From assembly GCF_030013595.1 (NCBI RefSeq), contig NZ_CP122769.1: a DNA stretch of 64,000 nucleotides. One strand, given 5' to 3'. The stretch's first letter is position 1, and the number at the start of each line of letters is the position of its first letter. Source of the stretch: Escherichia coli (GTDB lineage: Bacteria > Pseudomonadota > Gammaproteobacteria > Enterobacterales > Enterobacteriaceae). Below are positions 20,784 to 31,084 of this stretch, piece after piece. The position numbers were made by a program, and so were the translations under genes. Under the pieces are notes generated by a model. That model was not told the DNA's origin. It searched no databases and was given only the letters and a program-made list of their open reading frames with translations.

Positions 20784-21764
20784 ATGAGCCTGGAGAAACG
20801 TATGAGTTATGACGATTTGCCCTATTTTCGTGACCAGATTCTGGAACGTATCGACTCGCTTAAGTGTTTTCTTTCGAACACCCCCCCGCTGATGGCAAAC
20901 CTGATGACTGTCTCCACCGTATCTCGAACAGAAGAGCGACTGAAGCAGGTTAAACCCATCAGGGTTAGTGTTAAAGACGATGCTTCGGTTGAGGAAATTA
21001 TTCAGGCACTTACTGACATCTGTGTGGATGACATAGAGTCATTAAGTCATGATTCCACCAAAGTGACCACTAAATACCCGGGTCTTATCATTGTCCCAGA
21101 AAGAGCAGATCTTCTCGAAAGCTTGATCACATCTATAAATGAAGCAAAAAATGATTTTGCTGCGGCAATGAGGCGTATCGATAATAAAAAGAATGTCCGT
21201 TTTGATAAAGTGCACAAGAAGCTCCCGGGCCTTGTCGCTATGCACTCAACAAGAAATGTCCTTTTCATCAAGTCCCAGCTTAAAAAAGTTACTTTTTCAT
21301 GGCGGCTAAACCGAAACCAGGAAGTTAAAACAGCAGAGCAACTTGTGAGTTTGTTGGAGCGCAGGAGAGCCTCAGAAGTAAAAAATGTAGCAACTACCAA
21401 TTTGAATGTCGTGTCTAATATCGATAAGGCTTTACACCGTCTTGAATTTCACCCACTGAAGCAGGGCGAATCTTATCGCCTTTGTCGAACTAACTCTTTC
21501 CCTGTTCCGATTGCTCACATTTTTGCATTTAGGCCTGAAGGGCAGGAACGAAACGGGAATAAATATGCTGAGACTGATTATTCAGTAGTAAAAGCATCCT
21601 TGCCCATTTTCGCAGCAGGCAACATACCTCAATTAAAAACGCTCTCTGACTGGGCTCCTGAAAACAGCCAGGGCCCGTCCAACCAACGGAAGCTGAGCCT
21701 GAAATATACAGAACTCGTGCCGGGGGCTGAGCTGGGCATTTTCATTGTCAGCCCCGAAAATTAA
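20784..21764 (+). CDS. hypothetical protein
   Basis: 326-aa ORF; alternative start at ATG 20823 has a better RBS (GGAGAAACG). No recognisable motifs. Confidence 0.45.
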   Translation: MSLEKRMSYDDLPYFRDQILERIDSLKCFLSNTPPLMANLMTVSTVSRTEERLKQVKPIRVSVKDDASVEEIIQALTDICVDDIESLSHDSTKVTTKYPGLIIVPERADLLESLITSINEAKNDFAAAMRRIDNKKNVRFDKVHKKLPGLVAMHSTRNVLFIKSQLKKVTFSWRLNRNQEVKTAEQLVSLLERRRASEVKNVATTNLNVVSNIDKALHRLEFHPLKQGESYRLCRTNSFPVPIAHIFAFRPEGQERNGNKYAETDYSVVKASLPIFAAGNIPQLKTLSDWAPENSQGPSNQRKLSLKYTELVPGAELGIFIVSPEN

Positions 21765-21773
21765 GGAACAACA

Positions 21774-22679
21774 ATGCAATGGATTTCCACAGCCAGCCAG
21801 AAAATCGATGAGCGTCTCTATCGTGTCTGCGTCTGGGTAAAAAAATATCACGCTGATGCGATTAACCGCGTTGTGCTTACCGTTGATCTAAGTAAAGCCC
21901 GACATGACCCTGACGAGGACCAGGTAAGAGCAGAGCTGCTGTGCGGCCATTATTTTTTGCTTCGTAAGGAAAACGCTTCGAACTCTGCGCCTGACGATCA
22001 AAAGTTTGCTTTCCTGCCTGACGGGCGCAATCTGTGTTGGCAGACCGCAACCCCGGTGCTTCAGCATCTCCTGCTCAATAAAAACGTTCCTGAGTCGCTG
22101 AGGTTGCTTACGGACTACATACATATGCGTCTGGCCAGGCTGACAATGGTACCAATGTCCGGAACCATCATGAACGAGGCTCTGCTGGACAGCATCAGCT
22201 GGGTTAAGGTGGATTTGACCTACTTCTGGCAGTATGAACAGCTCAGCTCTCATCTGGGACCCATCCAGATAACCCACAAGGCACTAGTACGCTTCGGGCA
22301 TCTGGCAAAGAATGATGAAAACTCCAGTGCCATAAGAATCCTGCGTCAGCGTCTGTCTTCAGAATTCTTACAAGAATTTCAGATGGCTGAGGATGAGCTA
22401 AAGCGCAAACAGTCGTTGATGGGCACCATGGACGTGAAAATGCTGTTTCATGCTCATTACCCCAGCCAGAAGATGCTGGTGGCTCGATATAAAAATGGTT
22501 GGGTAATGGTGGATTGTTTTCTGTTTCATCATACCAAACCTAAGAAAAAAGCAAAAAACAAAACTACTGTGGCTAAGCCTCAACTTAAAGAGACTAAAAG
22601 AGAAGGGAGTGAAAATGGAACTGGGCATTATGGTGTGCATCGTGTTGTTACTCTCCGTGGCGGCGGCGTGGATCAGTAA
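21774..22679 (+). CDS. hypothetical protein
   Basis: 301-aa ORF with RBS AAGGAA upstream; basic C-terminal tail. Confidence 0.45.
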   Translation: MQWISTASQKIDERLYRVCVWVKKYHADAINRVVLTVDLSKARHDPDEDQVRAELLCGHYFLLRKENASNSAPDDQKFAFLPDGRNLCWQTATPVLQHLLLNKNVPESLRLLTDYIHMRLARLTMVPMSGTIMNEALLDSISWVKVDLTYFWQYEQLSSHLGPIQITHKALVRFGHLAKNDENSSAIRILRQRLSSEFLQEFQMAEDELKRKQSLMGTMDVKMLFHAHYPSQKMLVARYKNGWVMVDCFLFHHTKPKKKAKNKTTVAKPQLKETKREGSENGTGHYGVHRVVTLRGGGVDQ

Positions 22680-22959
22680 TAAGACAGTTGATTTGCTCGA
22701 AAGATTCTATTTCAAGCGTCCGCTGAGCATGGAGTACGCGGCATGGCTACGTGTAATGTGTGCAGGCTTGTTATTGGTTTTTATTCAGGTTGCTCCACAA
22801 TTTACACTTCTGTATACCCTTAAACTTGTCACGCTTATTAATCTTGGAATCCAGACAATGAAATTAAATGGCGTGTACAAATATAAAAGAACGGGAATTT
22901 TGCCTCCGGGAGGGGCACTCTCTAATCTCACCAGACTTAACCCGTTCAAGAAAAAATAA
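22615..22959 (+). CDS. hypothetical small membrane protein
   Basis: ATG at 22615 with RBS GGGAGTG; two hydrophobic segments; overlaps 3' end of previous ORF in another frame. Confidence 0.35.
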   Translation: MELGIMVCIVLLLSVAAAWISNKTVDLLERFYFKRPLSMEYAAWLRVMCAGLLLVFIQVAPQFTLLYTLKLVTLINLGIQTMKLNGVYKYKRTGILPPGGALSNLTRLNPFKKK

Positions 22960-22965
22960 AGTTAT

Positions 22966-22981
22966 GCGCCCGTGAGGGCGC
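22966..22981. terminator. palindrome GCGCCCGTGAGGGCGC between convergent genes
   Basis: Perfect 6-bp stem with GTGA loop flanked by A-run upstream and T-rich sequence downstream; positioned between plus-strand stop (22959) and minus-strand stop (22981). Confidence 0.4.
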
Positions 22982-24171
22982 TATTCATCAAAGGCATTTC
23001 GCATAAGCTTGATCATTGCTTTTTTACCAGCTTCAATATTACGAATGTAGCGCATAACCATTTCTTCATTCGACCAGTTCCCCATTTCCATAATCTGTGG
23101 TAGCGAGTAACCTTCAATATTTAGCTGTATCGCTCCGCCTACACGAACGCTGTGCCCTGTCCAGTAACGAGTTTTAGTCTCATTTGGATAAAGCTCATTC
23201 CACATCTCTTTAAATGCTCGTAAAAGGGAATTTTTGCTGAGCATACCGGCATCGTCCACAGTGTCTTCTTCATCTTCATCTTCATCGTTCAGAAGACTTT
23301 GCTTAGCACGATAGGGTAGGTTATGCCTTTTAAGAAGTTCAGATAGCTCATTCCCCTTACTCCGAAGCTTCCAGCCGGGTGGCATATAGCCTGTATCATG
23401 GAAATTTACGGCCTGGAAAAGGAATTCATCCGGATGACTGTGCTGATCCATTTTCACGAGGTTCATCAATCTCAAGAGGCAGTTAGTTAACTGACGTGTC
23501 AGCCGGTAGGTAAGAAGTGTACTAATGTTCGTTTTTGTACGGTATACCGTCAGGTTAAATTCACCGGTCATACTATCCAGAGACAGATCTTTCAGACGTA
23601 TACGTCGAATTTCGGATGAACGGAGCAGTGTTTCAAAGCCTGTCCAGATCAGGCACAGGTCACGAAGTTTACGAACTGAGTTTGTAGTACTGCGTAACTT
23701 TATCAGAGCCTTGAGATCGCCAATAAGAAAGGGAGTTGCCTGTTTAGTCGTCTTTCGCTTCCGGGCTTCCGATTGTTTTAAGGCTTCCAGCATGTACCAT
23801 GCTTCAGACGTAATAATCCCGGGCAGGTTAAGCCCTTTTTTATGGATACTATTTAAGGCCTGAAGACAGCTGTTTATGCTGCTTCGTGACAATTTGCCTT
23901 CAAGATGCCCCATAAACGCAAGCAGAGCGTCCTCAGACACGGGGAGCGAACTTACTGGCCAGTCTGTATGCAACCGGGCATTCGCCAGATACCATTCGTT
24001 CCATACTCGTAGCCAGTGCAGATAGGTTTTAGCAGTGTTGTATCTCAGATGGGAAAAGTAACGGATCAAGCGTGAAAGCTGTTTATCATGGTTGCCGAAC
24101 GTTTCCAGCTGCTGATGCAATTCGCTTTCCGAAAACTGTCTGATCACTGATTGATTCTTCATCCTGCTCAC
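22981..24171 (-). CDS. tyrosine site-specific recombinase (phage-integrase family)
   Basis: C-terminal catalytic signature: LRSSEIRRIRLKDL (Arg), WTGHSVRVGGA (HxxR), MVMRYIRN (Tyr). Confidence 0.75.
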   Translation of the reverse strand: MSRMKNQSVIRQFSESELHQQLETFGNHDKQLSRLIRYFSHLRYNTAKTYLHWLRVWNEWYLANARLHTDWPVSSLPVSEDALLAFMGHLEGKLSRSSINSCLQALNSIHKKGLNLPGIITSEAWYMLEALKQSEARKRKTTKQATPFLIGDLKALIKLRSTTNSVRKLRDLCLIWTGFETLLRSSEIRRIRLKDLSLDSMTGEFNLTVYRTKTNISTLLTYRLTRQLTNCLLRLMNLVKMDQHSHPDEFLFQAVNFHDTGYMPPGWKLRSKGNELSELLKRHNLPYRAKQSLLNDEDEDEEDTVDDAGMLSKNSLLRAFKEMWNELYPNETKTRYWTGHSVRVGGAIQLNIEGYSLPQIMEMGNWSNEEMVMRYIRNIEAGKKAMIKLMRNAFDE

Positions 24172-24326
24172 CGGGATACACTGGTTTTAATTACAGGTCA
24201 TTTTAGCACTCATGTACCTGGTTATGAACAGGGTGGAAACAACGAAAAAGGTTGTGAAATCGTTAGGCTTAAGTGAAAAATGATATTAAGATTATCCTTG
24301 GCCAGTTGAGGCCTGTCTAAAGAAGG

Positions 24327-24545
24327 TTGATTATGTCTGACACAAAGCAGTCTTATTTAATGAAATTCCGTAAGTGTAGTTCGTTCGAAACGCTCGAAAA
24401 AGTATTTGAAAGGTTATGTGAAAAAAACTCGGGTGTCGCCTCTCTTGAAATTTCTGGTGCTTATGATCATCGTAAAGCCGAACTGACAATGAAAAAGTTA
24501 TATGACAAAGTTCCTGCGAGTGTGTGGACCTTTGTTCGCGAGTAA
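24327..24545 (+). CDS. hypothetical small protein
   Basis: 72-aa ORF followed by hairpin GCCCCTTTCGGGGC; no recognisable motifs. Confidence 0.3.
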   Translation: MIMSDTKQSYLMKFRKCSSFETLEKVFERLCEKNSGVASLEISGAYDHRKAELTMKKLYDKVPASVWTFVRE

Positions 24546-24875
24546 TTATTAATATTGGCACAACAAAAAGACTGTGCCTGGATTTGAAAATAGTTTATGC
24601 CCCTTTCGGGGCTAAAGGCATTGTAATAGCCTGTCTTTTAAAGTTGTTTATTAAGTTCGGAGAAAAACTTTAATCATAAGCCAAGCCCACTGCTAAATAC
24701 ATCCGATATTCTCCTTCATTTTATTAGAAGTGATAAAAGTTACTTTACCTAAACTTCTCTCTCAATATTTGTAAGGCTCTCATTTGATTTTTGTCAAACA
24801 TTAATCTGGAAGACGGAAAAATCATTTCTTTTAATACGTTTTACAGAAATCCTCCTCCGTTATTTCGGATATAGT

Positions 24876-25988
24876 TTGAATCATTATCAAAAACGGGGTG
24901 CAGCCATGCGTAAGAGTTATACATTTGGTATTCCATTTGGACTCCAGCGTGAATCAGGACTCTTTTTAGATATTACAGAGGTCAGCCGGGGTATTGACTG
25001 TAACTGCATCTGCCCCGCTTGCAAAACTGATCTGTTAGCAAAGCAGGGGGAGGTCAAGCTTTGGCATTTCTCACACAGTACAGCTGTAGCCGGTGACTGT
25101 GATGGTCTGATGGAAGCCATCCGGGGAAAGATTATTGAAGTCATCAACGAGCACCAGGTTCTTGGTTTCCCAAATCTTCTCGCTGGCGACGATGGTGGGC
25201 CGGTTTCACTGAATGAGGTTAGTGGAAGCGGCAGTATGTTCGGAGGCACAGCTGATCTGTTCGTAAAGGTTAATGATTTATGTGTGGCCGTCTTTCTGGA
25301 CAGGGATCGCAGCATTTCAGAGAAGTTAACCTTTGACCATCTTCATCCTTCCGAAAGAGTTGCCGCATTGCGTATCGATCTTCCTGATATTGAATATGAA
25401 ATCAGTCAGGTGCAGCTCGGGCGACGTAAAACAACATACAGTGAGTGCATTGAAAGCCTGATCATTGATGAGACCAGTTCCCGGGAATGGCTATATCATC
25501 CATTAATGCATGAACTTGAATCTGAACCTCTTCAGGAGTATCGGGGACGGGAGCCTTCAGAGGAAGGGCCTCTTCTTCAGCGCCTTGCTGACTGTAAGAT
25601 GAAATTGCCTGATATCCTTCCGGGCAGTCATAACGCGCTAGTCAGGTTACAGCAGGATACGATTGTATGTCTGTGTCGGTTAACGGTTCGGGCTTATGAC
25701 ATCGCTCAGACCGATGAATTTCCTTTGTTCCTTCGCTATTTCAGGTTGCACTGCCTGGAAAACAGCGAACATGTCAGTTACGAAAGACTGATCTGCTGGC
25801 AGGAAATGATTTCAAAAACCCAGGAAGGCCAGTCCTTGACACAAAACGAACTTGAATATCTTCATGAGATTGTCCGCATCGCCTTTTACAATCACCGGCT
25901 TAACAATGTCAGTATTTCAGATGTTAAAAACCATGACACTGGAAAGAAGAGCGGCAGGGTAGAGTCACAAAACTATTCACTTTTATAA
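24876..25988 (+). CDS. hypothetical protein with N-terminal Cys/His motif, possibly CoiA-like
   Basis: Motif CNCICPACKTDLLAKQGEVKLWHFSH resembles the zinc-finger/HFxH signature recalled for CoiA-family proteins; remainder unassigned. Start may be the internal ATG (MRKSYTFG). Confidence 0.35.
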   Translation: MNHYQKRGAAMRKSYTFGIPFGLQRESGLFLDITEVSRGIDCNCICPACKTDLLAKQGEVKLWHFSHSTAVAGDCDGLMEAIRGKIIEVINEHQVLGFPNLLAGDDGGPVSLNEVSGSGSMFGGTADLFVKVNDLCVAVFLDRDRSISEKLTFDHLHPSERVAALRIDLPDIEYEISQVQLGRRKTTYSECIESLIIDETSSREWLYHPLMHELESEPLQEYRGREPSEEGPLLQRLADCKMKLPDILPGSHNALVRLQQDTIVCLCRLTVRAYDIAQTDEFPLFLRYFRLHCLENSEHVSYERLICWQEMISKTQEGQSLTQNELEYLHEIVRIAFYNHRLNNVSISDVKNHDTGKKSGRVESQNYSLL

Positions 25989-26154
25989 ATAACTTGGGCT
26001 TTGCGCATTAAACCCTTGCCGCAGGCGGTGTACCGCATATCCGGCACAGACAGTCAGTTTTTTCTGGCAGCTTAAATTTGACACTGCTTAATATAGTGAT
26101 TCATTAAACAGGTTCAGTATGCTGCCAGAACGTTTTAGTCGTAATGGGCGTCCG

Positions 26155-27708
26155 TTAGTTTTCAACTAACTGAACGACGACCAGCCTGCCGCCTTCCTCC
26201 TTTGACAGAACAAACTGAGCGTTATTCGTCAGTTCAATTTTTTCCCCAATGGCAATCTGTCGTTTATCCGGTAATGACATAAGCCCATTTATGCCTTCAT
26301 TTACTAACCACCACTGATCGTTATGGAAAACAAAATACCCAACTCGTTTCCTTTGTGCATCGGTTGTGCGCTCATTTGGCGCAATGAGGCGATTCACATG
26401 CCACGCATAGATTGACTGCCCGCTCCACACCATCAACCGGTGGTCGTCAGGACGATAACTGCCTTCCTTTCGGGATGAATATAAATTTAGAACCGGTAAT
26501 TTACCCTTGTATGGCGTACCGCAGTAGGGACAAACCGGCTTTGTCTTACCTGAGAAAACGTACCATTTCTGTTCACACGCCTTGTTCTGGCAGGGCTGTA
26601 TCAGATCGACTGTTTTAACCAGGGCACTTTCCCACTCATCGGCGGTCGGGCGTTTATTGGCATCGTGTAAGCCATCAATAAAGGCGCGTTCAAACAAAGG
26701 CGTCAAATAAGGGCCCATGATGGTGTAAGGAATTTTCTCCGGGTCAGCCCAGGGCAGTGAAAAGGAGGATATCTGACTGACTTTGACTGCATTGCTTTTG
26801 TCTGTCGGATGTTCAATGAAGAGTGCCTTCTCACCCATAGATAAGGTCTCATCACGTACTTCATCCGACATGTCATGTATTTTTCCGCCACGTAGCGGAT
26901 GACGGAAGAACAGATACATGTAGATAAGCACCGACAGCGCATGACGGTCAGTAGAAATGCTTGGCAATACGCGGTTCGGATCCTCTTTGGAAAGATGGCT
27001 GGTTTTCACCACTTCCGGAGCGATAAAATCCGGGGTGCCCACGACGTCGGGAGGATACTTTCCAGGGACAACCAGGCCGTCTACGTCAATGATGCAGGCA
27101 TGTCCCATTTCTGGATCGATAAGCACGTTTTTATAGCTTAGATCGCTGTGACAGAGACCTGCCGCATGCATCCTTCTGACGGCTCTTGTTAGCAGCAGAC
27201 AGACCTTGAGATAGGTAAGCGTATTGCCTCGTTCACGTGGGTCGAGAAATTTATTCTGGTTGCTGGCGCTGGCAAACCATTTGCCTTCCTTTTCACGGCC
27301 TTTTATGCCAAGAAAATCATCGTTTTTAGAGCCGTATTTAAAGAAAAAGTAGCTTTTGTAGGTTGGAACCACGATGCCGATTTTATCCCCATGCTCAACA
27401 ACGTGGGTCGGCCAGCAAAACAGGTCCTTCCAGTATTCACCTCCGGACTGGCCAAAAATGTTTTGCCTGTAGCGTCCGGTGATCATATCAATCCGATCCC
27501 GGGCCTGCTCGTTCTGCGGTTTATGATAAAAAGCGACGACGTATGATTTATCAGGCGAGAAGTAAACATCCTTCATCGAGCCCGAACCAATTACCTCGTC
27601 AACATACTGGACTGTTTCGCCGTCCTTTGTTTTGCACGTAACAATATTTGCCATATTGATCACCGAAGAAGCGTATCCCTTACCACAACACCGCAATAGT
27701 GCGGTCAT
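26155..27708 (-). CDS. Hanks-type serine/threonine protein kinase with C-terminal zinc-ribbon
   Basis: Gly-rich loop VIGSGSMKDVYF, catalytic loop HSDLSYKNVLI, IDVDG (DFG-equivalent), GTPDFIAPEV (APE motif); CQNKACEQ...CPYCG zinc ribbon. Alternative start at 27654 (MANIVTCK). Confidence 0.8.
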   Translation of the reverse strand: MTALLRCCGKGYASSVINMANIVTCKTKDGETVQYVDEVIGSGSMKDVYFSPDKSYVVAFYHKPQNEQARDRIDMITGRYRQNIFGQSGGEYWKDLFCWPTHVVEHGDKIGIVVPTYKSYFFFKYGSKNDDFLGIKGREKEGKWFASASNQNKFLDPRERGNTLTYLKVCLLLTRAVRRMHAAGLCHSDLSYKNVLIDPEMGHACIIDVDGLVVPGKYPPDVVGTPDFIAPEVVKTSHLSKEDPNRVLPSISTDRHALSVLIYMYLFFRHPLRGGKIHDMSDEVRDETLSMGEKALFIEHPTDKSNAVKVSQISSFSLPWADPEKIPYTIMGPYLTPLFERAFIDGLHDANKRPTADEWESALVKTVDLIQPCQNKACEQKWYVFSGKTKPVCPYCGTPYKGKLPVLNLYSSRKEGSYRPDDHRLMVWSGQSIYAWHVNRLIAPNERTTDAQRKRVGYFVFHNDQWWLVNEGINGLMSLPDKRQIAIGEKIELTNNAQFVLSKEEGGRLVVVQLVEN

Positions 27709-29320
27709 CGTGGTTCCCTGTGGAGAAAAAGTTAAGCCAGTCGCCTAACCTCTCAGGCGCAATACTGGCGTCTGTAAGGACAGGGATGAGCTCATCAAGG
27801 AGACGGGTCCATTTTTCGTCACTGCGAAGCCCGTTATCTGTCTCAAACAGAGGGTCTGATACGCCATCTGTCATGAGGATCAAGTGAGATACATCATTCC
27901 ATTTACCCACGCTGATGCGGCCGCTAAACGAGGGGTCTGCGATAATGCTCTGGTCAAGAAAGCGGGTTTGTCCTGCGTATTCTCCGCTATCGGGATTTCC
28001 CAGTATCCTGACTTTACCGGAAGGGCTGTATGCACCTATCGCACCATCACCAAGCCAGAATGCAGCCGCAAACAGCTCGTTATCAGTTCGTAGCGCTACA
28101 GTTGCCAGTAGGGTTGTTGAATAGGATTTCACAGGTTGTTCTGCACAAATGGCTTCGTTCTGGATACTGTTGACCGCGAGCGTAGCTGCCTGTTTAAAAT
28201 GATGAAGCATGGCGTTTATGGTTGCCTGCTGATCGCTCCCTTCCCACGCCGTGATGTGCTGCTTTAGATGGACGCCTTTCAAACCACTGAGCTGATTGAA
28301 AAGGTAATCGCCAGCCGTTTGGACTGCAATCCGGGAGCCTTCCCGGGAATTTACCGCACTACCGGCCCCGTCTGCGACCAGCATGACAGACCATCCTGTT
28401 TCCTGGCAGTGGTTGATATAGAAGTCGTCATCTCTGAAGCTCCCGGCATGCTCATGAGATCGTCCCCGGCGACTGGCGGCAGCAATACGTATGTCACCCC
28501 TGACCAGGCCAGCAGCGTCCAGATGGGACTTAGGGTAGGAAGCGTCTGCTGGTGGCTCTACCACCTTCCACAGGCTTCTCGGATCGGGATTGACTATAAA
28601 AAGCTGTTTTGTTTCGCATTCGTCGTGCGAAGCGCATGACCAGAGTACTGAAAGCTCTATATCGCCGCTTTCGGTGGGTGTACCTGTCAGCAACTTATGC
28701 TCTTTGTCAAAGGTCAGGCCAATGTTCCTGGGAAAGACAACGTCCCTGACAGTAGCCTGCTGGCCCTCATCCAGAACTATAGCAACCGGCGAAGAGAAAC
28801 GTTCGCCTGCGCGGGCGTTGGGAATAACTATTTTAGCTCTCGGGGGAACGGCAGGTGGCACAGCTAATCCGGCCCGCTGCTGGCCTGTCGGTATCTGCCC
28901 GGGTTTTAATACCAGGGAAGACAGGTTTTCGTCTTCCCTCTGTGCTGGTTTATCAAATTCGTAATAAGGCATCAGCTTCCAGAACGGAGGATGAGGTTCA
29001 TTTTCTGGCAGGGGTTGCAGTAATGGTGTATCGGTAGCGTCAATGCCCGGGTTATCAGCATCACTTACGACCGTTTGTTGCTGATCGGAAAGGCTGGATG
29101 CTGACGAGGGGGCGATCTCTGCGTCGTTATAACCTTCGCTAACCCGCGCAGATAAACCCTGTGCAAGGCTCTCAATCCGCTCTTTAAGCCGCATAATCTC
29201 TTCAGTAAGGGAAGGGTCGTGCGATAGAAGAAAAAGCCGCTCACCTTCTACAGGGTGGCCCAGCTCAGACAGCACTAAGCGGATAATCTTCTCTTCAAGT
29301 AAAACATTTTGCGACATCAA
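27680..29320 (-). CDS. PP2C-family serine/threonine phosphatase with N-terminal extension
   Basis: PP2C-like motifs MLVADGAGSAVNS and LILMTDGVSDPL; stop overlaps kinase start region and start overlaps upstream vWA gene stop. Confidence 0.75.
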   Translation of the reverse strand: MMSQNVLLEEKIIRLVLSELGHPVEGERLFLLSHDPSLTEEIMRLKERIESLAQGLSARVSEGYNDAEIAPSSASSLSDQQQTVVSDADNPGIDATDTPLLQPLPENEPHPPFWKLMPYYEFDKPAQREDENLSSLVLKPGQIPTGQQRAGLAVPPAVPPRAKIVIPNARAGERFSSPVAIVLDEGQQATVRDVVFPRNIGLTFDKEHKLLTGTPTESGDIELSVLWSCASHDECETKQLFIVNPDPRSLWKVVEPPADASYPKSHLDAAGLVRGDIRIAAASRRGRSHEHAGSFRDDDFYINHCQETGWSVMLVADGAGSAVNSREGSRIAVQTAGDYLFNQLSGLKGVHLKQHITAWEGSDQQATINAMLHHFKQAATLAVNSIQNEAICAEQPVKSYSTTLLATVALRTDNELFAAAFWLGDGAIGAYSPSGKVRILGNPDSGEYAGQTRFLDQSIIADPSFSGRISVGKWNDVSHLILMTDGVSDPLFETDNGLRSDEKWTRLLDELIPVLTDASIAPERLGDWLNFFSTGNHDDRTIAVLW

Positions 29321-30357
29321 CCTCTCCCTCTGTTTACGTCGAAGTTAGTGTTTCCGCCATCATTGCTGAATGACAGACCTGTTTCACACCACGGGCAGAT
29401 CACGTCATCCGGGCCGTCAATGCACAGCAATTTTCCGCATGAGCACAGGGCAAACGCACTGGCATTACCGCAGTGAGGGCAACCCGGTACGCCATGCAGT
29501 TCGCTGGTGTTTACCTGCAAACCGGTAGCGGTGGCATCTGACCATGCAAAATAGTCCTCATCGATGGGATAGCATCCGGCAATATTAAAGCTGTTCAGGT
29601 TCAGGCTGAAATCGAGCCCGGAAATCCTTGCTGGTGGCCGTTCATACTTCATCAGATACGGACGACGGGTCTTGCTGCAACGGCCGGTAAGCGTAACGCA
29701 GTTTTCGTCGTACGCTTTTACTGGCTCGTCCTTGGCCAGCCGGACTATGTATTCAGTCTGGCTGAGCTCAGGTTGTTTGTCGTCTCCGACGCTGCGGCTG
29801 TGCGCCGTAACCGAGGCTGTGATCCATTTGATGAAGCGGGTAAAGTCCCCTTCCTGAGACTCGGTGAACAGCATGACATTCTCTGTCAGTTGCCGCAGGG
29901 TATTCAGGTCCGCTGACGGCCCCAGGCCAACGGCAATGAGATTCACTTTACTCGCGTAGTGATCCTTCCAGCGCTTCACTTCTGCGGTTGTGTCGTCAGT
30001 CGGACGTCCGTCGGTAAGGAGATACACGACGGGTTTCCAGTCGCCTTTAGCCTCATGAGTGGTTTTTCTGACCTGGGTATCAATTTGTACGGTCAGCTCA
30101 CGCAATGCGGCCCCAAGGCTCGTACCGCCGCCAACGGGAAGGCGGGGAGGGTAGAACGAGGCAATTTCGTGAAGAGGTACAATCGTACGGGCTACACCGG
30201 CAAATGCGATTACCGAAACCCAGGCTGTTTCAAGTGCGTGTGGATCCTTTCTTAAATCTCCGATGATCATTTGCAGACCATCAGTCATTTTTTTCAGGTT
30301 TTCACCAATCATGGACTCTGAACAGTCCAGGACAAAAAACACGGGAAGGCGTCTCAT
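29317..30357 (-). CDS. TerY-like vWA protein with C-terminal zinc ribbon (third TerY paralogue)
   Basis: Start set at MRRLPVFFVLDCSESM (RBS GAGGAAA); MIDAS motifs DCSES and YLLTDGRPTDD; C-terminal CPHCG...CSCG...CPWC. Confidence 0.75.
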   Translation of the reverse strand: MRRLPVFFVLDCSESMIGENLKKMTDGLQMIIGDLRKDPHALETAWVSVIAFAGVARTIVPLHEIASFYPPRLPVGGGTSLGAALRELTVQIDTQVRKTTHEAKGDWKPVVYLLTDGRPTDDTTAEVKRWKDHYASKVNLIAVGLGPSADLNTLRQLTENVMLFTESQEGDFTRFIKWITASVTAHSRSVGDDKQPELSQTEYIVRLAKDEPVKAYDENCVTLTGRCSKTRRPYLMKYERPPARISGLDFSLNLNSFNIAGCYPIDEDYFAWSDATATGLQVNTSELHGVPGCPHCGNASAFALCSCGKLLCIDGPDDVICPWCETGLSFSNDGGNTNFDVNRGRG

Positions 30358-30442
30358 AATTTTCCTCGTACGGCTGGTACGGCCAGCAGAAAACGTTGCT
30401 GTACAGAAAGGTGCTGCCCGGAAAGCAGCACCTTTCTGTCTG

Positions 30443-31084
30443 TCAGAGCACCAGCTGGATTTCTGGTGGAGGAGGGGGAAGGGTATCAGTTCCGTTATTG
30501 ATCCCCGCGCTTGTGCTGCCGGAAGACACGCTGGCCGATACCCATTTAAAGAAACCTGCAAACGCGGTTGAATCTAGCGTCTCCAGAGACACAACCTTAT
30601 CGGTGAGCTGTTTTAAGTGCTCATGGCCTGCTTTAGGACCAACGGCGCAGGCAATGATGGATCCGAATCCCCGGCCGCGAATCGCTTTTACCGCTTCACC
30701 GTACGCCAGGGCATCAGAAGGGGTTCCATCAGTCATCAGGAATACCAGAGGACGCCAGTCTCCTTTTGTATCACCATCTGAGCGACGTACATCCCGTTCA
30801 ACACACTGCATCAGACATTCAAGGGCAGCACCGGTGAACGTCCCGCCTGCGCTTGGCACAACGATGTCAGAAAACTGGAAGTCTTCCAGCGGCGTGAGAG
30901 GAATGAACTCACGCGCCTCATTGTCATAGGTGATAATGGAGATATGAACGCTTTCGAGGGCGTAGGGATCCTGGCGAAGAGCGCTAAGCATCGCCTGAAT
31001 TCCAACGTTAACGGAATGGATGGACTCACCGCGCATCGAGCCGGATGTGTCGATAACAAGGTAAACAGGCAGGCGGCGCATCAC
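30443..31084 (-). CDS. TerY-like vWA protein (second TerY paralogue)
   Basis: MMRRLPVYLVIDTSGSM and FLMTDGTPSD MIDAS motifs; 213 aa; start overlaps terX stop. Confidence 0.8.
   Translation of the reverse strand: MMRRLPVYLVIDTSGSMRGESIHSVNVGIQAMLSALRQDPYALESVHISIITYDNEAREFIPLTPLEDFQFSDIVVPSAGGTFTGAALECLMQCVERDVRRSDGDTKGDWRPLVFLMTDGTPSDALAYGEAVKAIRGRGFGSIIACAVGPKAGHEHLKQLTDKVVSLETLDSTAFAGFFKWVSASVSSGSTSAGINNGTDTLPPPPPEIQLVL

Noticed and set aside
24172-24326. tRNA gene or att site next to the tyrosine recombinase
   Set aside because: No tRNA-like cloverleaf or clear direct repeat could be identified by eye; left unannotated.
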